DNA from: Squalus acanthias | Lineage: Eukaryota | NCBI GenBank assembly: GCA_030390025.1 | Contig: CM059432.1 | Coordinates: forward strand, 35,776,001-35,840,000 | Direction: 5' to 3' | Length of the DNA stretch: 64,000 nt | In this document: piece after piece, positions 1 to 11,400 of the stretch | Position numbering within the stretch: the stretch's first letter is position 1 | Layout: the number at the start of each line of letters is the position of its first letter | The notes under the pieces: model-generated | Told to the model about the DNA's origin: nothing | The model's database searches: none | Seen by the model: the letters and a program-made list of their open reading frames with translations, nothing else | Program-made: the position numbers and the translations under genes

Positions 1-2400
1 TTTCCTGATCCATTCTCATATATCCCCTGACATCCAAGGTTCCCTGCGGTTTTTGGAACCACCCTTGACCTTTACGGGAACATGCTGCCATTGTATGATC
101 ACAATCTCCCTTCTGAAAGAATCCCATTGCTCCGATGCGGATTTTCCTACAAGCAGCTGATCCCAGTCCATTTTGGCCAGATCCTGCCTTATCCTATTAA
201 AATCGGCCTTCCCCCAATTTAGAACCTTTATTTCCGGCCCATCCCTGTCCTTTTCCATGACCACCTTAAATCTCACCGTATTATGGTCACTGTCACCAAA
301 GTGCTCACCTACTAGCACTTCTTCCACTTGGCCGGCCACATTCCCTAGAATTAGGTCCAGTACCACCCCCTCTCTTGTAGGACTTTCTACATGCTGGCTC
401 AAAAAGCTCTCCTGGATGCACTTTAAGAATTCCGCACCCTCTAAGCCTTTCACACTCTGACTATCCCAGTTAATATTGGGGAAGTTGAAATCCCCCATTA
501 TTATTACCCTATTATTTGCACATTTCTCTGAGATTTGCCTACATATCTGTTCCTCTATCTCCCCCTGACTGTTTGGGGGCCTATAGTACGCTCCCAGCAA
601 AGTGCTTGCCCCCTTTTTGTTTTTAACCTCCACCCATATAGCCTCATTGGAGGAACCTGCTAATATATCATCCCTCCTTATGGCAGTAATTGATTCGTTA
701 ATTAATATTGCGACACCCCCTCCTCTTATACCTCCCCCTCTGTCTCGCCTCAAGATTCTGTACCCCGGAATATTGAGCTGCCAGTCTTGCCCCTCCCTCA
801 ACCATGTCTCCGTGATAGCAACAATATCATACTCCCATGTGTTTATCAACACCTTCAGTTCATCCACCTTATTCGCTAGACTCCTTGCATTAAAATAGAT
901 GCCTTCCAGCCTTGCTCTTACATGTTTGCCCTGTCTTCCAAGCGGACTTGTTTTTTTCTCTATATTTGACTGTACATCACCCCCTATTGTAGCTCCACTC
1001 TGAATCCCATCCCCCTGCCAAGTTAGTTTAAACCCCCTCCCAACAGTGCTAGCAAACCTCCCCGCAAGGATATTTGTCTCGCTCTGGTTCAGGTGCAAAC
1101 CGTCCGACTTGTACAAGTCCCACCTTCCCCAGAAGCAGGCCCAGTGATCCAGGAAACTAAAACCCTCCCTCCTGCACCAACTCTTTAGCCACGCATTCAT
1201 CTGTTCTATCCTCCTATTCCTATACTCACTAGCACGTGGCACTGGGAGTAATCCAGAGATTACAACCTTTGAGGTCCTGCTCTTTAATCTGCTGCCTAGC
1301 TCCCTAAATTCTTGATGCAGGACCTCATCCCCCTTCCTACCTATGTCGTTGGTCCCAATGTGAACCACGACCTCTGCCTGCTCACCCTCCCCCTTAAGAA
1401 TGCCCTGTAGCCGCTCAGTGACATCCATGACCCTGGCCCCAGGGAGGCAACAAACCATCCTGGAGTCACTTTTACGGCCACAGAAACGCCTATCTGTTCC
1501 CCTTACGATAGAATCCCCTACCACTATTGCTCTCCCACTCTTTTTCCTCCCTTTCTGAGCAGCAGAAGCAACCCTGGTGCCAGGAAGTTGGCTGCTGCCG
1601 CTCTCCCCTGGTGAGTCATCCCCCTCAACAGTATCCAAATCGGTATACCTGTTTGAAAGGGGGATGACCGCAGGGGTTCCCTGTACTCCCTGCCTGCCTC
1701 TGCTGCTCCGCCTGATGGTCACCCATTTCCCTTCTGCCTGTGCAGCCCTACCCTGCGGCGTGACCAACTCGTTAAACGTGCTATCCACGACCCTCTCAGC
1801 ATCGCGTATGCTCCAAAACTCATCCACCCGCAGCTCAAGCGCCGCAATGCGGTCTACAAGTAGCTGCAACTCGATGCATTTCTCGCACACGTGGTCCCCA
1901 GGGACACTGGCAGCGTCCCTGAATTCCCACATGGAGCAAGAGGAGCATAACACGGGGCTGATCTCACCTGTCATGACCTACTCCCTTAATTAAATTTAAA
2001 ATGTATTCAATACCCCAGTTACAGATATACTCTAGGGCGCTTTATTTACCAACTGTCCCCACTACACCACAGAGACCCTAGAAATTTAACACCACAGAAT
2101 TTAAGCTTAAAAAGAGAGAAATACTCACCAACCAATCACTTACCTGTTTTTTGGTGACGTCACACTTCGATTATTTTTCCCTCCGAGTTCGGAGACTGGT
2201 ACGCCTTACCTGGTCTCTGGAGCCTTTTATAGGCCCACTGCCGCCGCTGAAACTCCCGCCGACGCTCTGAGGCCTTACCTGGTCTCTGGAGCCTTTTATA
2301 GGCCCACTGCCGCCGCTGAAACTCCCACCGACGCTCTGAGGCCTTACCTGGTCTCTGGAGCCTTTTATAGGCCCACTGCCGCCGCTGAAACTCCCGCCGC
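1..2400 (-). mobile_element. CR1 LINE with complete 5' end; ORF1 (Zn finger, coiled coil, SGNH esterase) fused in frame to the ORF2 APE endonuclease
   Basis: ORF 16..1974 has CxxC...CxxC, the GDS..., HIGTND and DGLHL esterase motifs, then NARS, ITETWL, GDFN and SDH endonuclease motifs. The TGA at 16..18 is followed by EWIRK, so it is probably a CGA>TGA decay. The element runs off the window. Confidence 0.93.
2203..2400 (-). repeat. About 2.9 copies of a 69-bp monomer at the CR1 5' end
   Basis: gccttacctggtctctggagcc recurs at 2203, 2272 and 2341; copies are near-identical. Confidence 0.95.
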
Positions 2401-2815
2401 CGGGTTGTTTTCTTTGGAACAGAGGAGGCTGATGGGAGACTTAATTGAGGTGCATAAAATTATGAGGGGCCTAGATAGAGTGGATAGGAAGGACCTATTT
2501 CCTTTAGCAGAGAGGTTAATAACCAGGGGGCACAGATTTAAAGTAATTGGTCGGAGGATTAGAGGGCAGTTGAGGAGAAATTTTTCACCCAGAGGGTGAT
2601 GGGGGTCTGGAACTCACTGCCTGAAAGGGTGATAGAGGCAGAAACGCTCATCACATTAAAAAAGTACTTGGATGTGCACTTGAAGTACCATGGCCTACAG
2701 GGCTATGGACCAAAAGCTGGAAAGTGGGATTAGGCTGGATAGCTTTTTTTCGGCTGGCACTGACACAATGGGCTGAATAGCCGCCTTCTGTGCTGTAAAC
2801 TTCTATGATTCTACA
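2401..2815 (+). mobile_element. CR1 LINE 3' fragment
   Basis: FSLEQRRLMGDLIEVHKIM ORF2 C-terminus and a ttctatgattcta tail. Confidence 0.85.
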
Positions 2816-3373
2816 GCACCATCTTGTCAAGTAATTCAAGTGAATGTTAAAGATCTCATGCCACGATTTGAAGAAGAGCACACAGTTTGTCCAGTGTCAG
2901 GGCCAACATTCCTTCTTCAACTTTATAGCCAATGAATTATTTTTCAAGTGTAGTTGCTGTCGTTTTATAGGCAAACACAGAAACCAAATTGCGTGCAGGA
3001 AGGTCCCACAAACAGCAATGAGATAAATGACCAGTTAATCTGTTTTTGATGGTGTTGCTTGAGGGATAAATGAATATTAGCTATGACATTAGGAGCACTT
3101 CCCTCCTCTTCAGATAGTGCCATGGAATCTTTGGCATTCACTAAGGGGGTAGACGGGGCCTCAAGTCTCTGGATTGATGGTTGAACTCGCAGCCTTCTGA
3201 CTCAGAGGCGGGAAAACTACCACTGAGCCAAGGCAGACACTTGTATACAAAAAATGTAAAGTGTTTAATTTTTCTCGCACTGATATCCCATTCACAAAAC
3301 TTTATTATAAATAAGAGTGTGCCATTGCATAGTATCTTTTTAATCCGTCCTAATGTCCTTTGTGTTCTTTCAG

Positions 3374-3521
3374 TCCGAAGGACAGGTGATGCGAGAGGCT
3401 ATGTACATCAACAAGTCACTCTCCTTCCTTGAACAGACCATCATCGCTCTTGCCGATCCCAAGAGAGAGCATATTCCATTCAGGCAGAGCAAACTCACAC
3501 ATGCACTGAAGGACTCCATAG
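3374..3521 (+). CDS. KIF9: KIF9 coding exon A (motor domain)
   Basis: ttctttcag acceptor and gtaagt donor. Translates SEGQVMREAMYINKSLSFLEQTIIALADPKREHIPFRQSKLTHALKDSI(G), with kinesin INKSL and HIPFR.SKLT..L.DS motifs matching vertebrate KIF9 as I recall it. 148 nt, ends in phase 1. Confidence 0.95.
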
Positions 3522-3624
3522 GTAAGTAAGTAGAAGAAGAGGAGGAGAGTGCGTGGAAGAAGCGTTAGAGAATAAAGGAGTGAAATAAGAGGATGAGACC
3601 AGCATTAACAGAAAGGTTTACACT

Positions 3625-4020
3625 AATGTAGTGGCTATGTTACTGGACTGGTAATCCAGAGGCTTGGACTAATAATCCAGCGAACGTGAGTTCAAATCCC
3701 ATCATGGCAGTTTTAAATTTAAATTCAGTGTTTTAAAAAAAATTGGAAATAAAAACCTGGTTGGATTGTCATTAAGAACTCAACTAGTTTACTAATGTCC
3801 TTTTAAGAAAGAAAATCTGCCATCCTTACACCGTCTGGCCTATAGGTGATTCCAGTCCCACACGAATGTGGTTGACTCTTAACTGCCCTCTGAAGTGACC
3901 TAGCAAGCCACTCAGTTGTATCAAACCACTACAAATAAGAAGGTGGCCCACCACTACCTTCTCCAGGGGCAAGTAGAGTTGGGTAATAAGTGCTGGCTCA
4001 CATTCTGAAATGAATAAAAA
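3625..4020 (+). mobile_element. SINE-like element with a LINE-derived tail (related copy at ~12350..12950)
   Basis: B-box-like gagttcaaatccc. The tail aagaaggtggcccaccac..cttctc resembles the 3' end of the CR1/L2-group LINE at ~28320..28410. Confidence 0.6.
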
Positions 4021-4635
4021 GAGTTCGGCCTGGATTTACCTCTGCCATTGCTGTAGTGGATCAGAGAAAATGGGTTGGGGAGGCCTACTGCCGGCTCCCT
4101 GCCCCTTAACTGTTTTCCTTCCTCATCCAACCGGGCCCTCAGCTGTCCCCCACTCAAAAATGGGGTAGTGTGGATAAGAAAACCAGCTGATATTTTCCTG
4201 CTATAGCTGCACTTACACTGTAGTACTACCGACCCCAGGGAAGAACAGAAGAAGGGTGGAGGTACTGAACGTGCAGTGATGGGAAGATTGCTCTTCCCAT
4301 TGAAGCAGGAAGACCTGGGTGTGGCCACCTCTCCCTCTCTCTTGCCCCAAGCCAGAAAATGAGACGGGGGCTATTTTAAACATTTTACCTGTATGTCTTC
4401 ATGGAGGGCCCTAACCCCTTCGGGTGTGAGCAGCGAGTACCGAGCCGCAGCACTGATGAATTTTCCCAGCTGGCAGTAACAGACTCCTGCTATAGAGTGG
4501 AGATTCCTTTGGGAGACCGCCCTGCACGCCCAGGAAAACAGGTCAGGCTCAGGGCAGTCCGGCCCCAACCCAAATCTGGCGGCCATGCTCTATCTGTCAC
4601 CCAAAGGGTTATAGCGTTGTGAAATTGTGAAAAGT

Positions 4636-5100
4636 GTCAGCTGTGGCTCAGTGGGTAGCACACTCGCCTCTGAGTCAGTAGGTTGTGGGTTCAAGTCCCA
4701 CTCCAGGGACTTGAGCACAAAGAGCTAGGCTGACACTCCAGTGCAGTGCTGAGGGAGTGCTGCACTGTCGGAGGTGCCGTCTTTCGGATGAGACGTTAAA
4801 CCGAGGCCCCGTCTGCTCTCTCAGGTGGACGTAAAAGATCCCACGGCACTATTTCGAAGAAGAGCAGGGGAGTTATCCCTGGGGTCCTGGCCAATATTTA
4901 TCCCTCAATCAACATAACAAATACAGTTTATCTGGTCATTATCACATTGCTGCTTGTGGGAGCTTGCTGTATGCAAATTGGCTGCCGCGTTTCCCACATT
5001 ACAACAGTGACTACACTCCAAAAGTACTTCATTGGCTGTAAAGTGCTTTGGGACGTCCGGTGGTCGTGAAAGGCGCTATATAAATCCAAGTCTTTCTTTT
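4636..5100 (+). mobile_element. tRNA-headed SINE, full length (probably Deu-domain/SacSINE1-like)
   Basis: A box tggctcagtgg, B box ggttcaagtcc and a tctttc tail. Further + copies at ~21140-21485, 50150-50600, 51886-52320, 52639-52797 with 57098-57395, and 62200-62510. Older - copies at ~2900-3240, 13700-15520 and 40220-40480. Confidence 0.85.
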
Positions 5101-5454
5101 CTGAAATGTTACCAGGGAAGGTCACTGAAGCAGACAGTATGAAATAAGTTCAAGAGACAGTTAATTGTGTTTCTTAAGAGAGCAGGATTTGGGAGGAAGA
5201 TTTTCTCTGTACGCTATGTGTAGTGACATGGAAACAAACTTATAAAGAGCATCCTAAGATTTCATTACACGTAGCACACAGAGGAAATCTGTTTCCTAGG
5301 TGAGAAGGCAAATGGGAGGGGTTGACGTCTGTCCAAAAGGGACGAGCTTGTTGGCCCCAATAGCTATCAAGCGCTTTGGGACATCCTGAAGATGTGAAAA
5401 CACTTTTCCTGTTCCTAAAAATAAATCGTACGTTGTTATATAATTGTGAGTTCG

Positions 5455-7260
5455 TAGGCTAAAATTAGCCCTTCTTTGGGACATGGTGCATTTTTTTCCC
5501 ACTTCTCACTACATTGTTTGTCATTTAGGAGCAGGCTGAGGTCTTTGCTGTATACCCAACGTTCTTTCGCTCCCAGTGAGCATCATAACATAGGATTCAC
5601 TGAATCAGATAGCAGAAATACATCTGTCACAAGCAAATTAATGCAGTACAGATTGTGGGGAAAGAATTGCCCCAGTCACTATGCTTATGGAGGGAGTCAC
5701 AGCACGCAGGGAGATTCTCTTCCCTTCCCATGGGCAGAAGAGACCTCCCCAGGAGATCAACGCAGTCTGGTTGCACATTGCACAGGAGGACACAAGCAGG
5801 GATGTCGTCAGGAGTCCCTGGCTGCAGTGGCGCAAACCTTTCAATGATCTCAGTAGATCACGAAACGTTACTGCAAAGCCACATTCAAACTCACCCTGCT
5901 GTGCCACTCATCACATCCCCATCACTCTGCCTTCCCTACCCTACTCCTGCACATCCTTACTCACACCAACTTACCTTGCACTTCCACCCATCCCTCTCTA
6001 GCTACATTATCACTTCCCCATCTCACTAGCCAGCCCTCACACTCGCTCTCATCCTACTGCAAGCATACCAACTAACAACACACAAGGGTAGGCACTTGAG
6101 TGGTTTAGCCAATGTTCATGTGAAGTTTCTGTTAATGTGTTGCCAAATATTGAAATCTAGTTTCAACACTTCACCTTATTGAACAGATCTGTGCGACCTT
6201 GAGAAGTGTGTTAGTGAGTTCCAGTGAATGTTGAGACATAACTCCCCCCTGCTATTGTGATGAGTGTGAAAGGAATTTCTTGGACATTATAGGGATGCTT
6301 TATGGTGCTGGTGTGGGATGGTGTCAACCTGCCGCATCATGTGGCAGCCAGGGTGTACAGCATGAAGTGAAGTAAATCTGGCCATGGTGATGCCATCGCT
6401 GGCCTCCTGGGCAGCAATGTTGTCAGGGGCTGATGCCCTGTGTCCTGTGCAGCATCAGGTGATGGCGGAGAAGGTTGGTGATGTTGGTGTTGGGGCTGAT
6501 CGTGGAAGGATTCAGAGGACCAAGGTGAGATTTTTTCAAGGGCGCCGATGTTGCTGGAATAGATGGCAGTTGCAGTTGAGATGACAGAAGCGAACTGTCA
6601 CTGGTGAGAGAGGTTGTTCCAATGAGGTTGCTACTTTTAGCGCTCCGAAAAAATTGGCATCCCCGCAGCCGAAATTCACCGGTGGCGCTACTGGAAGCGC
6701 CCCGCCTCCCTCTTGGGGTGCTGCAAGTGAATATCGCGGCGCTATGTGCCGCAGCGCCACGCTCTGCGGCACATCGTGCCGCGGTACTGCCAGCCTTCCT
6801 CCCCTTATTAAAGGGGAAGGGCCTAGTGCAGCATGACTCGGGGCCCAGCTGGGCCACCAGGGATCGGAGGGCCAGCAAAAGAGCCCGGCACTCAAGAAGT
6901 GCTGGGCTCACAGAGCGCAGCTGGCACCCCGCGGGGGGGGCTGCAGAAGAGGCCGGGGATGGCAGAGGGGGCAGGTGCTGGCAGGCGGCCAGCAACAAAA
7001 ATGGCCGCCCGGCACCTCCCCTTTAATTTGCGTCGCCCCGGCCGCAGGTAGGCCCCCCTGACCCTGTCGGACATAGCGTCCGGCGGTAAGTCAGGGGGCG
7101 CTACCGAAGATCGCGGCTGGGGCGCTGCGTCGTGGGGCGCTAACGGTTACCGCCGCCGCTAACCTCCAGCTGAATTTTGCAGGAGGCGTTGGCGGCACTG
7201 CGCCCAGGCGCTAGTTGCTTTGCGCCCCGTTAGCGCAAAGCAACCGAATTTTTAAGCCTA
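5455..7260. mobile_element. Decayed PIF/Harbinger-related transposon region with a Myb/SANT-like remnant and a GC-rich MITE segment
   Basis: AVWLHIAQE...W.QWRKPFNDL (ORF 5681..6001) is a Myb/SANT-like motif of the kind paired with Harbinger transposases. 6645..7257 is homologous to the MITE at 32920..33613. Boundaries approximate. Confidence 0.6.
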
Positions 7261-7786
7261 TATGTCCTACAAATGCAGTAACCAACAGTTTCTGAGCTCT
7301 GAAACTGAACAGTTGCAACATGGTATCCTTTACACAACTTCTGCAACTGTCAGGTTATCGGGTAAGTCAAAGCAGACTCAACTCACGACAGGGTGAGCTG
7401 GCATGTTCCCCGAGCAGCGGGTAACCCGTGGGGGAGCACGTAAAATTACACGGTAGGCTCAAAATAACATTAAATTGGCTGTTAACAAGCTATTTAATGA
7501 TCTAAATTGTCTCCCCCGCCGCTTGATGTTGGGTCAGTTCTGTGCAGACAGACCTGACACATGGGAGACTTGCGTGGAGGCAGGTTGACAGCGAGTTTCC
7601 TACCCGCTGTCAATCTTTGTTATTTTGACAGCGACCCGCCTCCAAACCCGCACTCTGAGCGCCGGCAAAATTCAGCCCTTAGTGTGTGAACTCTTGGACA
7701 TAATTCGCTGATCAACTTCAGGAATTCCATTTTCAGTTTTAAAGTGCTGTGATTAAAGCAGCCAATCTGCTGTCAACTTTCTTTAG

Positions 7787-7851
7787 GTGGAACCTGCAAC
7801 ACCATCTTAGTGGCAAATATCTACGGAGAGGCTGCTCAAATCGAGGAAACG
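7787..7851 (+). CDS. KIF9: KIF9 coding exon B
   Basis: ctttctttag / gtaagg. (G)GTCNTILVANIYGEAAQIEET. 65 nt, phase 1 to 0, fits exon A. Confidence 0.95.
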
Positions 7852-8049
7852 GTAAGGACCTTAGAGAGACGTTGATGTGTGTTTGTCCCTGAGGGGCTTG
7901 TGTATGTGGTTTTTTTCATTCATTCTCTGAATATGGATGTTATTGGCACGGTCAGCATTTATTGACCATCTCTAGTTGCCCTTGAGAAGATGGTGGTGAG
8001 CCTTTATCTGGAACCGCTGCAGTCCATGTACCTGCTGCCCTTGTCCTTC

Positions 8050-8224
8050 TATAGTCCAACAGCTTTATTTGAAATCACAAGCTTTCGGAGCGCTGCTCCT
8101 TCATCAGGTGAAGGAGCAGCGCTCCAAAAGCTTGTGATTTCAAATAAAGCTGTTGGACTATAACCTGGTGTTGTGCGACTTCTCACATTTGTCCACCCCA
8201 GTCCAACACCGGCATCTCCACATC
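8050..8224. mobile_element. Tiny fold-back Penelope-like insertion containing a hammerhead
   Basis: Arms 8050..8103 and 8109..8162 are reverse complements around a tcagg loop. Same sequence as the termini of 34854..35956. Flanked by ttgtccttcta / ttatccttcta inside an older LINE. Confidence 0.88.
8075..8111 (-). ncRNA. Minimal type I hammerhead ribozyme (PLE family A), intact
   Basis: UCAC-CUGAUGA-A-GGAGC agc GCUCC-GAAA-GCUU-GUGA: core, stem II, palindromic AGCU stem III and stem I UCAC/GUGA. Confidence 0.8.
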
Positions 8225-8457
8225 TTATCCTTCTAGGCGGTGGAGGTGTTGGAGGTGCTGCCGAACAAGCCTTGGCGAGTTGCTGCAGTGCATCCTGTAA
8301 ATAGTACACACAGCAGCCACGGTATGCTGGTGGTGGAGTGAGTGGATGCTTAAGCTGGTGGGTGAAGTGCCGATCAAGCAGACTGCTTTGTCTGAGATAT
8401 GGGGTGGTGGGTGGGGAGAGAAGGGGTGTGTGTGTGTGTGTGTCTGGACAGCATGCT

Positions 8458-11400
8458 TACATACATAGATACATAGAAGATAGGAGCAGGAGTAGGCCAT
8501 CCGGCCCTTCGAGCCTGCTCCGCCATTTAATGAGATCATGGCTGATCCTCCAATTCAGTATCCCGTCCCCGCCTTCTCTCCGTAACCCTTAACCCCTTTT
8601 GCCTGTAGAAATATATCTAATTCCCTCTTAAATATATTTAATGAGCTGGCGTACACTGCCCTCTGTGGCAATGAGTTCCACAGGTTCACCACCCTCTGAG
8701 TGAAGAAATTCCCCCTCATTTCTGTCCTAAATGGTTTAGCCCTTATCCTTAAATTATGTCCTCTAGTTCTGTTCTCACCCGCCAAGGGAAACATTCCTTC
8801 TGCATCTAGTCTGTCTAGACCTGTCAGAATTTTATACACTTCTATGAGGTCCCCTCTCAATCTTCTAAACTCCAGTGTGTACATCCCTAAACTACATAGT
8901 CTCTCCTCATAGGTCAATCCCGCCATTCCTGGTATCAGCCTGGTGAATCGCCGCTGCACCCCCTCCATGGCAAGAACATCTTTCCTCAGATGAGGCGACC
9001 AAAACTGTACACAGTACTCGAGGTGTGGTCTCACCAGTGCCCTGTACAGCTGCAGCAAGGTATCCCTGTTCCTGTATTCCAACCCTTTTGCTATGAAGGC
9101 CAGCATACCGTTTGCCTTCTTGATCGCCTGTTGCACCTGCATGCTCGCCTTCAGTGACTGGTGTACAAGAACACCCAGGTCTCTCTGTACTTCCCCCTCT
9201 CCCAATTTATTGCCATTTAAATAATAATTTGCCCTCCCGTTCCTGCACCCAAGGTGGATAACTTCGCACTTGTCCACATTATAGTTCATCTGCCATTTAT
9301 CCGCCCAATCACCCAGTCTGTCCAAATCGCTCTGGAGCTTCCTGGTCTCCTCCTCTGAGCCCACCCCCCTCCTAGTTTAGTGTCGTCTGCAAATTTGGAA
9401 ATGCTGCATCCGACTCCCTGATCCAGGTCATTAATGTAAATTGTGAACAGCTGGGGACCCAGGACAGATCCCTGTGGTACCCCACTTGTTACTGCCTGCC
9501 ATTCAGAAAATGAGCCGTTTATTCCAACTCTCTGTTTTCTATCTGACAGCCAGTTCTCTATCCACGTCAATACTTTCCCCTTTATCCCATGAGCTTCAAT
9601 TTTCCCTGCTAATCTTTTATGTGGGACCTTATCGAAGGCCTTTTGGAAGTCCAGGTACACCACATCTACTGGCTCTCCCCCATCTATTTTACCAGTTACT
9701 TCCTCAAAAAATTCCAATAGATTAGTCAAGCACGATTTACCCTTTGTAAATCCATGTTGACTCTGTCCTATCCTGTCCCCATTTGCTAAGTGCTCCGCTA
9801 TTTCATCCTTAATGATGGACTCCAGCATTTTGCCCACAACTGATGTAAGGCTTACAGGTCTGTAATTACCTGCTTTTTCCCTACCCCCCTTTTTGAATAG
9901 TGGGGTAACGTTAGCTACCCTCCAATCCATGGGCACTGTTCCCGAGTCTAATGAATTCTGAAAAATCATACTTAGTGCATCCGCTATCTCTAGGGCCACC
10001 TCCTTCAGCACCCTAGGATGCATGTTATCAGGCCCTGGGGATTTGTCCGCCTTCAATCCCTTTAGCTTCCTTAACACCATATCCTTAGAGATATTGACTT
10101 GCGTCAGTTCCTCCTTTGCAAATGTCCCTATTTTTCCCGATATCCCAGGGAGGTTTTTTGTGTCTTCCTTCGTAAAGACTGACCCAAAGTATGCATTTAG
10201 TTGGTCTGCCATTTCCTTATTTCCCGTTATATATTCCCCCGTATCTGACTGCAATGGGCCAACTTTGGTTTTCACCAGTCTTTTCCTCTTGATATACTTA
10301 TAAAAGCTTTTGGAGTTAGTTTTTATATTTTCCGCCAGCTTGCTTTCGTAAGCTATTTTGCCCCTCTTGATTAAGCCCTTTGTCCTCCTTTGCTCTATCT
10401 TAAACTGTTCCCAATCTTCCGCTCTGGCGCTTTTTTTGGCTATTTTATACGCCCTATCTTTGGATTTTATGCTGTCTCTAATTTCCCCTGTTATCCACGG
10501 TTGAGTCACCTTTTTAGATTTCCTTTTATGCCAGATTGGTATAAACAATTTTTGCAATTTTGTCATTCTATCTTTAAATGCTTGCCATTGTTTATCTACC
10601 TCCAGTCCTCCCAGGAACGTTGTCCAATCAGACCTACTCAGTTCCCGTCTAATGGCATCATAATTCCCCTTGTTTAAATTCAGGACCTTAGTATCTGAGT
10701 CAATTTCTTCGCTCTCCATTTCGAGTGAGAAATCGATCATGTTATGATCGCTCTGACCCAAGGGTCCCCGTACAACAAGATTACTAATTAGTCCCTTCTC
10801 ATTGCACAGTACCCAGTCCAATATAGCCTGTTCCCGAGTTGGTTCCTCGACATATTGATCCAGATAACCATCCCTTAAACACTCAAGGAATTCCTCCTCC
10901 TCATTATTTTTACTGATTAGGCTATTCCAATCTATATGTAAGTTAAAGTCACCTATGATGACAGCTGTGCTCTTATTGCACGCTTCTCTAATTTCCCTCG
11001 TGATGCCCTCCCCAACCTCTATTTTACTATTTGGAGGCCTATATACCACTCCTATTAATGTTTTTCGCCCCTTGCTATTTCTTAGCTCCACCCATATAGA
11101 TTCTGTATTAACTGAGTTAATATCCTTCCTTTCAATTGCATTTATCCCTTCTTTTACCAGCAATGCTACCCCTCCTCCCTTTCTTTTTTGTCGATCCTTC
11201 CTAAATACTGAATACCCCTGTATGTTAAGCTCCCAGCCCTGCTCACCCTGCAACCATGTTTCCGTAATCCCAATTAGATCATAATTATTAACCTCTATTT
11301 CCACAGCTAATTCATCTACCTTGTTCCTGATGCTTCTCGCGTTAAGGTATAAAACCCTCAGGCTTTTTTTATGCTCACATTTTTTATGAATTAGTTTGGC

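Noticed and set aside
16..1974. Domesticated esterase-endonuclease host gene
   Set aside because: It retains the TE 5' monomers and ORF2 coding continues past a CGA>TGA-type stop, so it is a young TE copy.
4636..4712. tRNA gene
   Set aside because: The A/B boxes continue into a multi-copy SINE body and tail, so this is a SINE head.
6384..7074. Cluster of overlapping ORFs (also 33023..33579)
   Set aside because: By-product of a GC-rich MITE that lacks stop codons; no recognisable domain.
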